From an uncultured bacterium (GTDB lineage Bacteria; Patescibacteriota; JABMPQ01; CAVVCK01), in the NCBI GenBank assembly GCA_963746775.1, contig CAVVCK010000001.1:275050-339049 (forward strand): a DNA stretch of 64,000 bases. The letters are read 5' to 3'. Within the stretch, counting starts at the first letter, position 1. Each line of letters opens with the position of its first letter. The notes beneath the pieces are model-generated. The model was given only the letters and a program-made list of their open reading frames with translations, was not told where the DNA came from and made no database searches. The translations under genes were made by a program, and so were the position numbers. Below are positions 46,421-56,800 of this stretch, one piece after another.

Positions 46421-48418
46421 GTGGATAAATTCAAATTACAAACAAATTTTAAATCAACCGGCGATCAACCTCAAGCTATTGAGGCTATTTGTAATAATTT
46501 AAAAAATAACGTTAAAAATCAAACATTGCTTGGAGTAACCGGCTCTGGCAAAACTTTTACAATGGCGGAAGTAATTGAGAAATATCAAAAACCAACTTTA
46601 GTTATTTCCCATAATAAAACTCTAGCTGCCCAACTAGCAAGCGAATTTCAATCTTTTTTCCCTAAAAATGCTGTCCATTATTTTGTCTCCTACTATGATT
46701 ATTATCAACCAGAAGCTTATATTTTAAAATCTGATACCTATATAGCCAAAGACGCCCAAGTAAATGAAGAGATAGATAGGCTTAGACACGCGGCCACTTC
46801 TTCGCTATTAATGAGATCAGATGTTATAGTTTGCGCTTCTGTTTCCTGTATCTATGGACTTGGCTCACCTTCCGATTATGAGAGTGTTAAAATATCACTA
46901 AAATTAGGTGAAGTAAGAATTATAGATTCAATTTTATCTCAATTGGCAGAAATAAATTATACTCGTAATAATATTGATTTGAGACGAGGCAATTTTAAAA
47001 TCAAGGGAGATATTTTAGAAATATTTCCTATTTATGAAAAAGAAAATGTTATTAGAATCGAGTTTTTTGGCAATGAAATAGAAAAAATAAAACAAGTGAA
47101 TTTCTTAACTGGGAAAGTAAATAAAGAATTAGAAAGAATAGATATTTATCCTGCTTCTCATTATGCTGTGCCTTTTGATAAGATGAAATTTGCTCTAAAT
47201 CAAATCAAAGAAGATTTAGGAATTAGACTTAGTGAATTAGAAAGAAAAAATAAATTAGTAGAAGCGCAGAGATTGGAACAAAGGACTAAATTTGATTTGG
47301 AAATGATTAAGGAAACTGGCTTTTGCAGCGGCATAGAAAATTATTCTCGATATTTTGACGGCCGGTCTCCCGGTGATGCACCTTATACCTTATTAGATTT
47401 TTTTCCAAAAGATTTTTTAATTATGATAGATGAATCGCATATGACTATCCCCCAAATTAATGGCATGTATTGGGGTGATCGTGCTCGCAAAGATTCTCTG
47501 GTTGAATATGGATTCAGATTGCCCTCCGCCTATGATAATAGACCACTTAAATTTAGTGAATTTGAAAAGAAAATAAATAAAGTCGTTTATGTTTCAGCTA
47601 CACCAAGTCCATATGAAAAAGAAAAATCCGGTAATAAAATAATTGAACAACTTGTCAGACCCACCGGCCTACTTGACCCAACTATAGAAATACAGCCAAC
47701 TAAAAACCAAATTGATAATTTATTGGAAGAAATTCAAATGCGAATTAAGAAGAAAGAAAGAATTCTAGTAACAACTTTAACTAAGAAACTAGCGGAAAAT
47801 TTATCAGAATATTTATCTGACATAGGCATTAAAGTACAATATTTGCATTCAGAAATAGATACCCTTGATCGTTTAGAAATAATTAAAAAATTAAGATCAG
47901 GCGTATTTGATGTTTTAGTAGGCATAAATCTACTACGCGAAGGATTAGATTTGCCTGAAGTATCTCTAATAGCTATTCTAGATGCTGATAAAGAAGGCTT
48001 CTTGCGATCTGAAACTGCCCTAGTTCAGACTATGGGACGAGCCGCCCGGCATATTAACGGCCACATTATCATGTACGCTGATAAGATAACTGGTTCTATG
48101 AGAAGGGCTATCAATGAAACTAAAAGAAGGAGAAAAATACAGGAAGAATATAATATAAAACATCATATTACCCCGCAGTCTATTAAGAAAAAAATAGATA
48201 ACTTTGATTTTATTGAAAAAAGATATAAAAAGCCTCAAAAAGAATCTATTTTACCTAAAAATATAAAAGATATAATTATGCGAGCCGATGAAAAAGGAAT
48301 TAAAAGATTAATTAGAGATTTAAATAATCAAATGGACTTGGCCGCTAAAAGCCTAGAATTTGAGAAAGCCGTAGTTTTAAGAGATGAAATTGAGAAAATA
48401 GAGAAAATTGTAAAATAA
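46421..48418 (+). CDS. uvrB: Excinuclease ABC subunit B
   Basis: GDQPQAI, GVTGSGKT, YYDYYQPEAY, DESH, GINLLREGLD, QTMGRAAR, UVR tail FEKA..LRD. Confidence 0.97.
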   Translation: MDKFKLQTNFKSTGDQPQAIEAICNNLKNNVKNQTLLGVTGSGKTFTMAEVIEKYQKPTLVISHNKTLAAQLASEFQSFFPKNAVHYFVSYYDYYQPEAYILKSDTYIAKDAQVNEEIDRLRHAATSSLLMRSDVIVCASVSCIYGLGSPSDYESVKISLKLGEVRIIDSILSQLAEINYTRNNIDLRRGNFKIKGDILEIFPIYEKENVIRIEFFGNEIEKIKQVNFLTGKVNKELERIDIYPASHYAVPFDKMKFALNQIKEDLGIRLSELERKNKLVEAQRLEQRTKFDLEMIKETGFCSGIENYSRYFDGRSPGDAPYTLLDFFPKDFLIMIDESHMTIPQINGMYWGDRARKDSLVEYGFRLPSAYDNRPLKFSEFEKKINKVVYVSATPSPYEKEKSGNKIIEQLVRPTGLLDPTIEIQPTKNQIDNLLEEIQMRIKKKERILVTTLTKKLAENLSEYLSDIGIKVQYLHSEIDTLDRLEIIKKLRSGVFDVLVGINLLREGLDLPEVSLIAILDADKEGFLRSETALVQTMGRAARHINGHIIMYADKITGSMRRAINETKRRRKIQEEYNIKHHITPQSIKKKIDNFDFIEKRYKKPQKESILPKNIKDIIMRADEKGIKRLIRDLNNQMDLAAKSLEFEKAVVLRDEIEKIEKIVK

Positions 48419-48448
48419 AAACTAGTGTGAGATATTCGAAATCCCTTC

Positions 48449-48487
48449 AGACATCCAATGTCTCTAAAGACATTGGATGTCTTTTTT
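48449..48487 (+). terminator. Terminator after uvrB
   Basis: AGACATCCAATGTCT-CTA-AGACATTGGATGTCT followed by a T tract (15-bp stem). Confidence 0.8.
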
Positions 48488-48559
48488 GTTTTACTCTTGC
48501 CAATTTCAAGCATTAATGTTACCTTTTTAGTGCTCTAGAAAAGCAGAAAGGAGAAAATC

Positions 48560-49020
48560 ATGCTTTCTAGGCTGATCTTTTTGGTTGTTTCTTTCACTTT
48601 ACTAGCTGCTATTTGCCCCCAGCACCAGTATATTACATCGAACCACAACAACAATCCCAGCTCCAGCCGCTACCTCAAACGCAATCTCCTGTTTATCAGG
48701 AGAACTACCCAACGAGATACTATCAAACCTACCGACAACCATACACCTACCAACCAACATACTACCACAACTACAACAGACATTATTCAACACCACCTCA
48801 ACGCCACTACTATAGACCTGCACCTCGATACTACCACAGACCGACTACACCACCAGTTCAACACCACTATTCAAGTCCACCTCGTAGAAGTTACAGACCA
48901 CCACCCCAGCGCTATAGACCAACCCCAAGACCTCGATTTCGCCCTCCTCCTCAGTACCGCCGCCACCGAGGCCATCATGACCACGACAGAGGTGGTGGTG
49001 GACATCACCGCCGTCATTAG
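48560..49020 (+). CDS. Probable Pro/Tyr/Arg/His-rich lipoprotein split by a single-base frameshift at about 48607
   Basis: SD GAAAGGAG, signal peptide MLSRLIFLVVSFTLLA; the -1 frame gives CYLPPAPVYY...GGGGHHRRH*, recreating a lipobox LLA-C; hairpin plus T tract at 49034-49057. Confidence 0.6.
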
Positions 49021-49130
49021 CTCCTTCCCCCAAAGACCCACCTCGCGGTCTTTTTTCATTTAATAATAATCTTGTCTTTTTTTAACTTTATGCTAAACTA
49101 AATTCAATTAAAAACTATTTATTTTAAATT

Positions 49131-49418
49131 ATGCCCATAAAAGAAGCTGGTAAAAAAGCCTTAAGACAATCTAGGAAAAGAAATAAAATCAATACTGCAG
49201 CCAGAAGAAAACTGCACGAAACTATTAAAAAACTTGATGTTTTAATCAAAGGAAATAAAGCCGAAGAAGCCAAAAAATTACTTCAAACTTGCTATACGCT
49301 ACTCGATAAAGCTGCTAAGAATAATATTATTAAGAAAAATACGGCTTCTAGGAAGAAATCAAGATTAACTAAAGCCTTAAATAAAGCTGGAACTAAAAAA
49401 GAAGAAAAGAAAAAATAA
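49131..49418 (+). CDS. rpsT: 30S ribosomal protein S20
   Basis: MPIK..A.KALRQS.KR...N; LDKAAK..IIKKN.ASR.KSRL. Confidence 0.96.
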   Translation: MPIKEAGKKALRQSRKRNKINTAARRKLHETIKKLDVLIKGNKAEEAKKLLQTCYTLLDKAAKNNIIKKNTASRKKSRLTKALNKAGTKKEEKKK

Positions 49419-49440
49419 ATTAATTATAATTTTAAAGTTT

Positions 49441-49470
49441 AAAAAGACCTTATTTAAAAGGTCTTTTTTT
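49441..49470. terminator. Bidirectional terminator
   Basis: AAAAAGACCTT...AAGGTCTTTTTTT between rpsT and holA. Confidence 0.8.
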
Positions 49471-49523
49471 TAATTAAATAATATTAAATTTTAAAAATAA
49501 TATATCACTGTGTAAACTTTTAT

Positions 49524-50480
49524 TTAATTTCCACAAAACTTCATCACTAACATATCTAAAAGCAATTTTTTATTAAAAGCCCCACCAGTTTTAAAAGATA
49601 TATCAGCTTCAAGTAAATCATGGTACATTATTTTTAATTTCTCTAAATTAAAACTATTAATTTGAGATATGGTTTTCTTTACTACATAAGGATGAAGCTT
49701 AGCCTGACTAGCTATTCCCTGCTGATCAATGCCTTGCTCACTCAAACTTTTTATAATTATCAAATTTCTTAATTGATACGAAATCATAGTTAACAGATAT
49801 ATTTCATTTTGCCCCTGCTCTATCTGTTCATGTAATAATTTCAAAGCTGCACTTTTATCCCTACGACCCAGAGCATCTACAAAATTAAAAATATTATCAT
49901 CTAGCTTTGCCTTAACTTGCGAATCAACATCTTTTTCTACAATTTCTTCTCCTAATCTATAAGCAATTAATTTGTCTATTTCGCAATTCATTTGACTTAA
50001 ATTATTACCAACAAAAGCACCAAGTTTTGATACTGCTCCCCTGCTTATTTTTCCTCCTCTGATCTTTACTTCATTATCAATCCACTGATTTAATTGATAA
50101 CCATAAAAAGGATTAAATTCTTCCACTCTACCAACTTTATTTAACAATTTATAAAGTCGGGTATTTTTTTTAACTTTATTACTTTCAAATAAGATAACAT
50201 TATTACTCTCAGGTATTTCTTTATTAGCAATCAAATCATAGAATTTTTCCTGGATACTTTTATAACCCTTAGATATTAAATTATTAATTATAATTAATCT
50301 TGATTTAGCTAAAAATGGCTGAGCTTGGATGGCTTCTTTTATGCTTTTATATTCTACATCTTCAATATCAAAAGTAGCTAAATTTATTTTAGATGGATCT
50401 TGTTTAATAAAATTTGCTTTAATTTTATTTAACCTTTGGCGAGATTGATATTTGTCTTCGCCGTATATTAAGTAGATCAT
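49524..50480 (-). CDS. holA: DNA polymerase III delta subunit
   Basis: IYLIYGED.Y, PFLA..RLIII, EIDKL..Y, IFNFVDA, HPYVVKK, D..FKTG. Confidence 0.92.
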   Translation of the reverse strand: MIYLIYGEDKYQSRQRLNKIKANFIKQDPSKINLATFDIEDVEYKSIKEAIQAQPFLAKSRLIIINNLISKGYKSIQEKFYDLIANKEIPESNNVILFESNKVKKNTRLYKLLNKVGRVEEFNPFYGYQLNQWIDNEVKIRGGKISRGAVSKLGAFVGNNLSQMNCEIDKLIAYRLGEEIVEKDVDSQVKAKLDDNIFNFVDALGRRDKSAALKLLHEQIEQGQNEIYLLTMISYQLRNLIIIKSLSEQGIDQQGIASQAKLHPYVVKKTISQINSFNLEKLKIMYHDLLEADISFKTGGAFNKKLLLDMLVMKFCGN

Positions 50481-50490
50481 GTTTTTTTCT

Positions 50491-50945
50491 TTCCCCTCCT
50501 TACCAAGGAGGGGTAGGGGTGGTTTACAAATGTGATTTCAAATACCTTTTAGTACTCTTTCTAAATCATAATATATTTCTAGATTGGTAAAGCGTAAAAT
50601 ATTAAATCCTATAGATTTTATATATTCTTCTCTTTTATTATCATATTCTCGAGCGTAATTATCAATAAAATGAGAATCACCATCTAGTTCTATAATAAGT
50701 TTTTCTCTAGGACAACAAAAGTCTGTTATATATTTACCAATACTATACTGTCTTCTGAATTTATAACCTAGTATCTTTTTTTCCTTTCAATTCATACCAT
50801 GACAATATTTCAGCTGGAGGCATATTACTTATTAATCCTTGTCTTTTCTTTTTTATTTCATTCTTATTGAATATTTTGGTCATCTATCTTAAATCGCAAG
50901 AACATTGTGAAAACCCCTCCTACCTCCCCTTGGTAAGAGGAGGAA
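50491..50945. mobile_element. 455-bp cassette bounded by imperfect 35-bp inverted repeats, carrying a DUF559 endonuclease gene
   Basis: Left TTCCCCTCCTTACCAAGGAGGGGTAGGGGTGGTTT (50491-50525); reverse complement of the right end (50911-50945) TTCCTCCTCTTACCAAGGGGAGGTAGGAGGGGTTT. Confidence 0.75.
50538..50883 (-). pseudogene. DUF559 / Vsr-like endonuclease, frameshifted in an A7 tract
   Basis: MTKIFN...MPPAEIL.WYELKG | KKILGYKFRRQYSIGKYITDF.C...LIIELDGDSH....D..R...I...G..ILRFTN; one extra base at 50776-50782. Confidence 0.85.
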
Positions 50946-53705
50946 TTAAATTTTCAAATCCTCCATACTTCCCCAACTATCCCCCACCTCCATATCAATC
51001 TTCAAAGGTATATCTAACTTATAAATATTTTCCATTATATTTTTAATTTTTTCAGCATATTTTTCTAACTTATCCTCTTTTATTTCAAAAATCAATTCAT
51101 CATGTACTTGTAAAATCATTTTTAAATCACTATTATTCTTATCTAAATTAAATTCTTCAAAAATTTTAATCATAGCTAACTTTATAATATCAGCCGCTGT
51201 CCCTTGTAAGGGCATGTTAACAGCCATACGTTCCGCTGCTGCTCGAAGCATTGGTTGTTTAGCTGTAATTTCAGGTAAATATCTTCTTCTACCTAATTGT
51301 GTTTCTACATACCCCTTTTTATTAGCAAATTCCAAAGTCTCTTCTGTATATTTTTTTATACTCGGAAAAGTTTTAAAATATTTATCAATAAAATCTTTTG
51401 CTTCATCTCGACTTATCTCTAAATTTCTTGAAAGCGCACCCGAACCCATACCATAAATTACTCCAAAATTAATAGTCTTAGCAAATCTTCTTTCATCATA
51501 ATCTATATCGCCTATATCCTTGCCAAAAACTAGGGAAGCAGTTCTTTTGTGAATATCTTCATCATTTTTAAAAGCTTCCATTAAATTTTCATCTTTAGAC
51601 ATTTGCGCTACTAATCGAAGTTCGATTTGGGAATAATCGGCTGATAACAATTTACAACCAGATTCTGCCACAAAAGCTTTTCTAATTTCTCTGCCTATTT
51701 CCGTTCGAATAGGAATATTTTGAATATTAGGATCAGAAGATGACAGCCTGCCGGTAGAGGTTATAGTTTGGTTAAAAGAAGTGTGAATCCGTCCTGTTTT
51801 AGAATTAATTAATTTAGGTAAAGCATCGATATAGGTATTTTTCAATTTATTATGCTCCCGATATTCTTCAATTAGAGGAATAATAGGATGAGCACCATGT
51901 AATTTTAAAAGTTCCGGAGCTGCCGTCGAATAACCTAGGGTTGTTTTCTTGATCCCTTTGGTGGGAATTTTTAATTTTTCAAATAAAATTACCGATAACT
52001 GCTGGGTAGAATTAATATTAAAATCTGAGGTCCTCGCTTGCTCATAAATTTTCTTTTCTAAGCTCGCTAGTTTATTAGCAAAGCTATCAGAAAGTTTTTC
52101 TAAAAATTTACTGTCTACTTTTATCCCATCCATTTCCATATAGGCCAAGACATTCAGTAAAGGCATTTCAATATCCTGAAATACTTTTTGCAACTTTTTT
52201 TCTTTGATTAATTTTTTAAAAAATATTTCCTTGAGTCGGTAAGTATAATCAGCATCTTCACAAGAGTAATAAGCCAATTTCTCTAAATCAACTTCTCCTA
52301 TTTTAATTTTACTCTTTCCTTTGCCAACCAATTCATCATAGCTCATCATTTGATGGCCTAATTCCTGAAAAGCTAAATTATCTAAAGAATTTCCTCTGGA
52401 ATTAGATGACAAAATATAGGAAGCAATCATGGTATCAAAATCTATATTAGATAATTCTAAGCCATAATTTTTTAAAACTATTAAATCATATTTACCATTT
52501 TGGGCAATCTTTTTTATATCTTTATTTTCTAAAATTATTTCTAGCTTATTTTTCAGATCTTCAAATTTATCAATAACATTTCTCGGCAAATACCAGGAGT
52601 TATTCTCTACCGAAAACGATATGCCAACTAATTCAGCTTCAACTGGTTTTACACTGGTCGTCTCGGTATCTATAGCAAATTCTTCAACTTTTTCTAAAAT
52701 ATTTATTAAATTTTTAAATTTTTCCTTACTATCAACTAATTCATAATTGAATTTTCTCAAATCTATTTTTTCTTTTGCATCTTTACTTTCTCCCATTAAG
52801 AGACTTTGCTGTTTTCCATCTGATTTACTTTCTGGCAACCTGGAAAGTAAACTTCTAAATTCTAATTCTCTTAAAAGTTCAATCACCTTATCTTTGTCAT
52901 AATCCTTAACTTCACACTCTTTTAAATCTATTTTTAAGTCCATATCAATTATAATCGTTGCTAATTCCTTGCTCATTCTGGCCTGCTTTTCTTGCTCTAG
53001 TAAAATTTTTCTAATTCGATCTGATACCCCTTCAATTTTTTCTGACTTTTTTAATTCTTTATATAAATTTTCAATAGTACTAAATCTTTGCAATAAAATA
53101 GAGGCAGTCTTCTCGCCTATTCCTTTTACTCCGGGAATATTATCAGAAGGATCGCCTCGAAGGCCTTTGTAATCAATTAACTGCTCTGGTGTAATACCAA
53201 ATCTCTCTATTACCTTTTTTTCATCGTAAAATACTGTGTCCTGCATACCACGACGCATAGTATAAACCTTGGTATTATTATCCACTAATTGTAATTCGTC
53301 CAAATCACCGGTAACAATAATATTATTTATTTTTATTTTCTTAGATAAAGTTCCAATTATATCATCAGCTTCATACCCTTGTTTCTCATAAATGGGAATA
53401 TTAAAAGCTTCAACTATTTGTTTAATTCTCGTAATTTGATCATATAATTCCTGGGGAGCTTTTACTCTGGTTGCCTTATATTCTTTGTACATTTTATGTC
53501 TAAAAGTAGGCCCCTTCATATCAAAAGCAACCGCAATATGAGTCGGCTTTATATCTTCTATAGCTTTAAGTAAAATAGAGGTAAAACCAAAAACAGAATT
53601 AACTAATTCACCGGATTTCGTAGTTAAAGGAGGAATGGCGTGATAGGCCCGATGAATTAAGGCATTGCCGTCTATGAGAACAAATTTAGATTTATTTTTT
53701 GTCAT
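50946..53705 (-). CDS. polA: DNA polymerase I
   Basis: 5' nuclease (IDG...RAY, EADD, GD.SDNIPG), exonuclease DTET, TGRLSS.DPN.QNIP, DYSQIELR, QGTAADI, QVHDEL. Confidence 0.98.
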   Translation of the reverse strand: MTKNKSKFVLIDGNALIHRAYHAIPPLTTKSGELVNSVFGFTSILLKAIEDIKPTHIAVAFDMKGPTFRHKMYKEYKATRVKAPQELYDQITRIKQIVEAFNIPIYEKQGYEADDIIGTLSKKIKINNIIVTGDLDELQLVDNNTKVYTMRRGMQDTVFYDEKKVIERFGITPEQLIDYKGLRGDPSDNIPGVKGIGEKTASILLQRFSTIENLYKELKKSEKIEGVSDRIRKILLEQEKQARMSKELATIIIDMDLKIDLKECEVKDYDKDKVIELLRELEFRSLLSRLPESKSDGKQQSLLMGESKDAKEKIDLRKFNYELVDSKEKFKNLINILEKVEEFAIDTETTSVKPVEAELVGISFSVENNSWYLPRNVIDKFEDLKNKLEIILENKDIKKIAQNGKYDLIVLKNYGLELSNIDFDTMIASYILSSNSRGNSLDNLAFQELGHQMMSYDELVGKGKSKIKIGEVDLEKLAYYSCEDADYTYRLKEIFFKKLIKEKKLQKVFQDIEMPLLNVLAYMEMDGIKVDSKFLEKLSDSFANKLASLEKKIYEQARTSDFNINSTQQLSVILFEKLKIPTKGIKKTTLGYSTAAPELLKLHGAHPIIPLIEEYREHNKLKNTYIDALPKLINSKTGRIHTSFNQTITSTGRLSSSDPNIQNIPIRTEIGREIRKAFVAESGCKLLSADYSQIELRLVAQMSKDENLMEAFKNDEDIHKRTASLVFGKDIGDIDYDERRFAKTINFGVIYGMGSGALSRNLEISRDEAKDFIDKYFKTFPSIKKYTEETLEFANKKGYVETQLGRRRYLPEITAKQPMLRAAAERMAVNMPLQGTAADIIKLAMIKIFEEFNLDKNNSDLKMILQVHDELIFEIKEDKLEKYAEKIKNIMENIYKLDIPLKIDMEVGDSWGSMEDLKI

Positions 53706-53809
53706 ATATTTTATTTTATCTTATTAAAAAGGTTAAAACAAGTTTAAAAAAGACCTATTTTATATAATAGATCCTTTATAATTTGGTATTTGAATTTTGA
53801 AATTTTAAT

Positions 53810-56800
53810 CTATTCCTCCACCTCCACCTTCGTCCCCACCCCAACTATATAGAAGCCTTCATTAAGTAATTCGGAATCCTTAGAATAAAATCTGGCATGA
53901 GTAGGCCCTTGAATAGGAGTAATTATCATATCCTTTTCTTTTGAACCTCCTTGTAATTCGTCATTATGAAAATTAAATGCCTGCACTTTAGTCTTGCCAT
54001 CTGTATGCTCTGGATAGGCCATGAAGCCGGCAGTAATAGGTTGGCCCTCTTTATTAAATATCCTCACATGAGCAGAATACATTTGAGCTACTGTTATAAT
54101 TTCAGCCGGACCCGAAGTACTATCTAGGTCGGTGGCTTCTAAATCTATACCACCATGATAGGTTGGATCATAAGCGTAAAAATCAGGTCTTAATTTCTTA
54201 CCATTTTTATTAAATATTCTAACTACGCTGGATCCTTTCTTAGAACCTACAACTATTTCTTTCTCTCCACCTGTACCATCCAAATCAGCTACCGATAAAA
54301 CTATGCCTTGATTGTAATCAGTACTGTTTTTGTCAAAAGGAATAATGTCAGGAATAATTTGTTTTAGTTTTTTGGTCTCAGGGTCTTTACCATAAATCAT
54401 AATAGTATTATGGTCAGAGACTAATACTTCCTTAGCCCCATTATTATTTTCTAGATCTACTACATCCAAATCGAAAAGTATATCCTTAACTGATTGATAA
54501 TTCTGTAGATAAGGTAAAAAGGCAGTGATTGGAGACATGATTTCCTTACCGTCTCTATTAAAGACTTTGAGAATACCATCGGAAAAAAGAATAATAATCT
54601 CTAAATCACCACTGTCTTGATCTGGTCCTTCCAGATTAGCTATTTTAACTATACTGTTACCTCGGAAGGAGTCTTCTCGGGCGAAGAAGGAATTTAATAC
54701 CTTCCCGTCCTTATTGAAGATACGAATGTGGGCTGCTCCATCCATAGGAGAAGTTACTATTTCTTGTTCTCCTCCTGTTCCCTGAAGGTCACCCACAGCA
54801 ATGTTTACTCCATTGGTGTAGGATTTGTCATAAGCTAAAAAAGGAGGGGTTAAGATAAAGCCTTCTTTAGAATAGATTCTAACGTAGGGAGCACCACTTC
54901 GGGGAGCGGTGACTATTTCTTTAGTACCGTCGTAAGTTAAATCAGCTACTTCAATATTGGCTCCGTCATCTATTATGCCTTGTTCTTCTTCTAACCTAAT
55001 GTCTTCTTCTGTTTTGGTTGTTTGGGCACGCCAGATTTCAGTTACACCCTCTTCGGTTAAACTATCTACGGTAGGTTCTTCGGCTGGAGTAATTAAGAAG
55101 ATATAATCGGAAAGAATAGTTTGATTTTGAGCATAGTCGCGGATGCGGATTTCGAGAGTAACTTGTTCGTTTACTTCAAAGTCTCTTTCAGGAATAAGGG
55201 TTACTTTAAAATCAGAAGCCGACCCATCAAAGGCTTTGGTAATATTTTTATGTATTCCTGAACTTGAACCAGTAACAGTTGTACGCAAAGTTCCAATATC
55301 TACTCCGCTCTCGCTATCTTTGGCATGAAATGAAATAGTAGTATTAGGTGATATCTTTATAGCTCCCTTTTCCGGTGAAAGATCGGTAATAGTGGGCGGT
55401 GTAATATCACCGATTGCTCCACCTTCTTTAGTAGTGAAAGACCAGGCCGAAGTAGCAGAATTAGTTCCGTCAGACGCCAGAATAAAAACATTTACTTCTT
55501 GTAAATAATCAAAATCATTATCAGGATTAAGAGTTACATTATAACCTCCTGTACCATCAGAAGTAATGGTACAAGAATAATTACTCTCGCAAGAACCATT
55601 ATTTATAGCCGGACTGCCTTCAATTAAAACATTTAAAGTACTTATATTTATACCAGTATAAATATCATCTAATTCAAAATAAATATTGGTATCTATACCC
55701 ACATTAGTAGCTCCATCAGCCGGTGACTGATGAGAAATAGTAGGAGTTGTAACATCGGGATCAGCATCTGTCGTTCCAGAGTCCGTACCATCAAAAGCTG
55801 TCTCAATACCATCTTCATTGCGAGCCTTAGCGCGAGCAGTATAAGATGTTTCGGCACTAAGCCCAGTCACTGTGGTCGTCCCCCAGGCTGCTTTTGTCTG
55901 CCAAACCTCGCTGGCACCCAAAAATCCATCAGCTTGCACATAATAATCATTAGTACCATCAGATATTCGGATAGCATAAGTAGTATAAGCAGGATTACTA
56001 TCACTACCTAAGGTAACATCGAGAGAATTATTAGTAACATTACTAATGTTAGGTTGTCCGGGAACTTCTGCTAGAGTATAAAGACTATCCGTTCCGCCAA
56101 AAGCTGTTTCTACATCATCACCATTACGAGCTTTGGTCTGGAAATCATAGGAAGTATTAAGGCTAAGACCAGTTACAGTGACTGTACTCCAAGTAGCATT
56201 ATCTTGCCAGATAGCAGTAGCGCCTAGGGATCCATCAGCTTGTACGTAATTACCAGATCCAGTTTCTTGAATAGCAAATTCAGTATTACTAGGATTAGAA
56301 TTAACATCAAAAGCAACATCTAAAGTAGAGGTTGTAGGATTACTCACTACTAAAGCGCCAGGGGTATTAGCCGCAGTGTAGGTAACTATCTCCGTAGCGT
56401 TAGCTTTATTTCCATAACTATCATACGTCCAAATATTAGCTACATACTGGGTATTAACATTAAGAGGATTAGTCGTTGTGGTACCACCAGGAGTATATGC
56501 TCCAGTTGCAATAGTAGTATGCAGAGTATCCGTCTCAGTTACACCAGATGCTCCTTGTTTATAATAAATAGAATAATGATCTAGATTAGTATCACTGCCG
56601 GCTGCACCCAAGGTATAAATAATTGAGTTAGCAGTAATAGAATCAATCATTAAATTACCAGAGGTCGTGGGATCTACATTGTCAAGAGTCAAGGTTGTAT
56701 CAGCCGAAACAGAAGGAGTTAAACCGTTATGAGCAGTAGTCCTAACACAATAAGTACCGTCAGCTGCTGGCTCATCCGTAGCCGACAACCAATCAAAATC

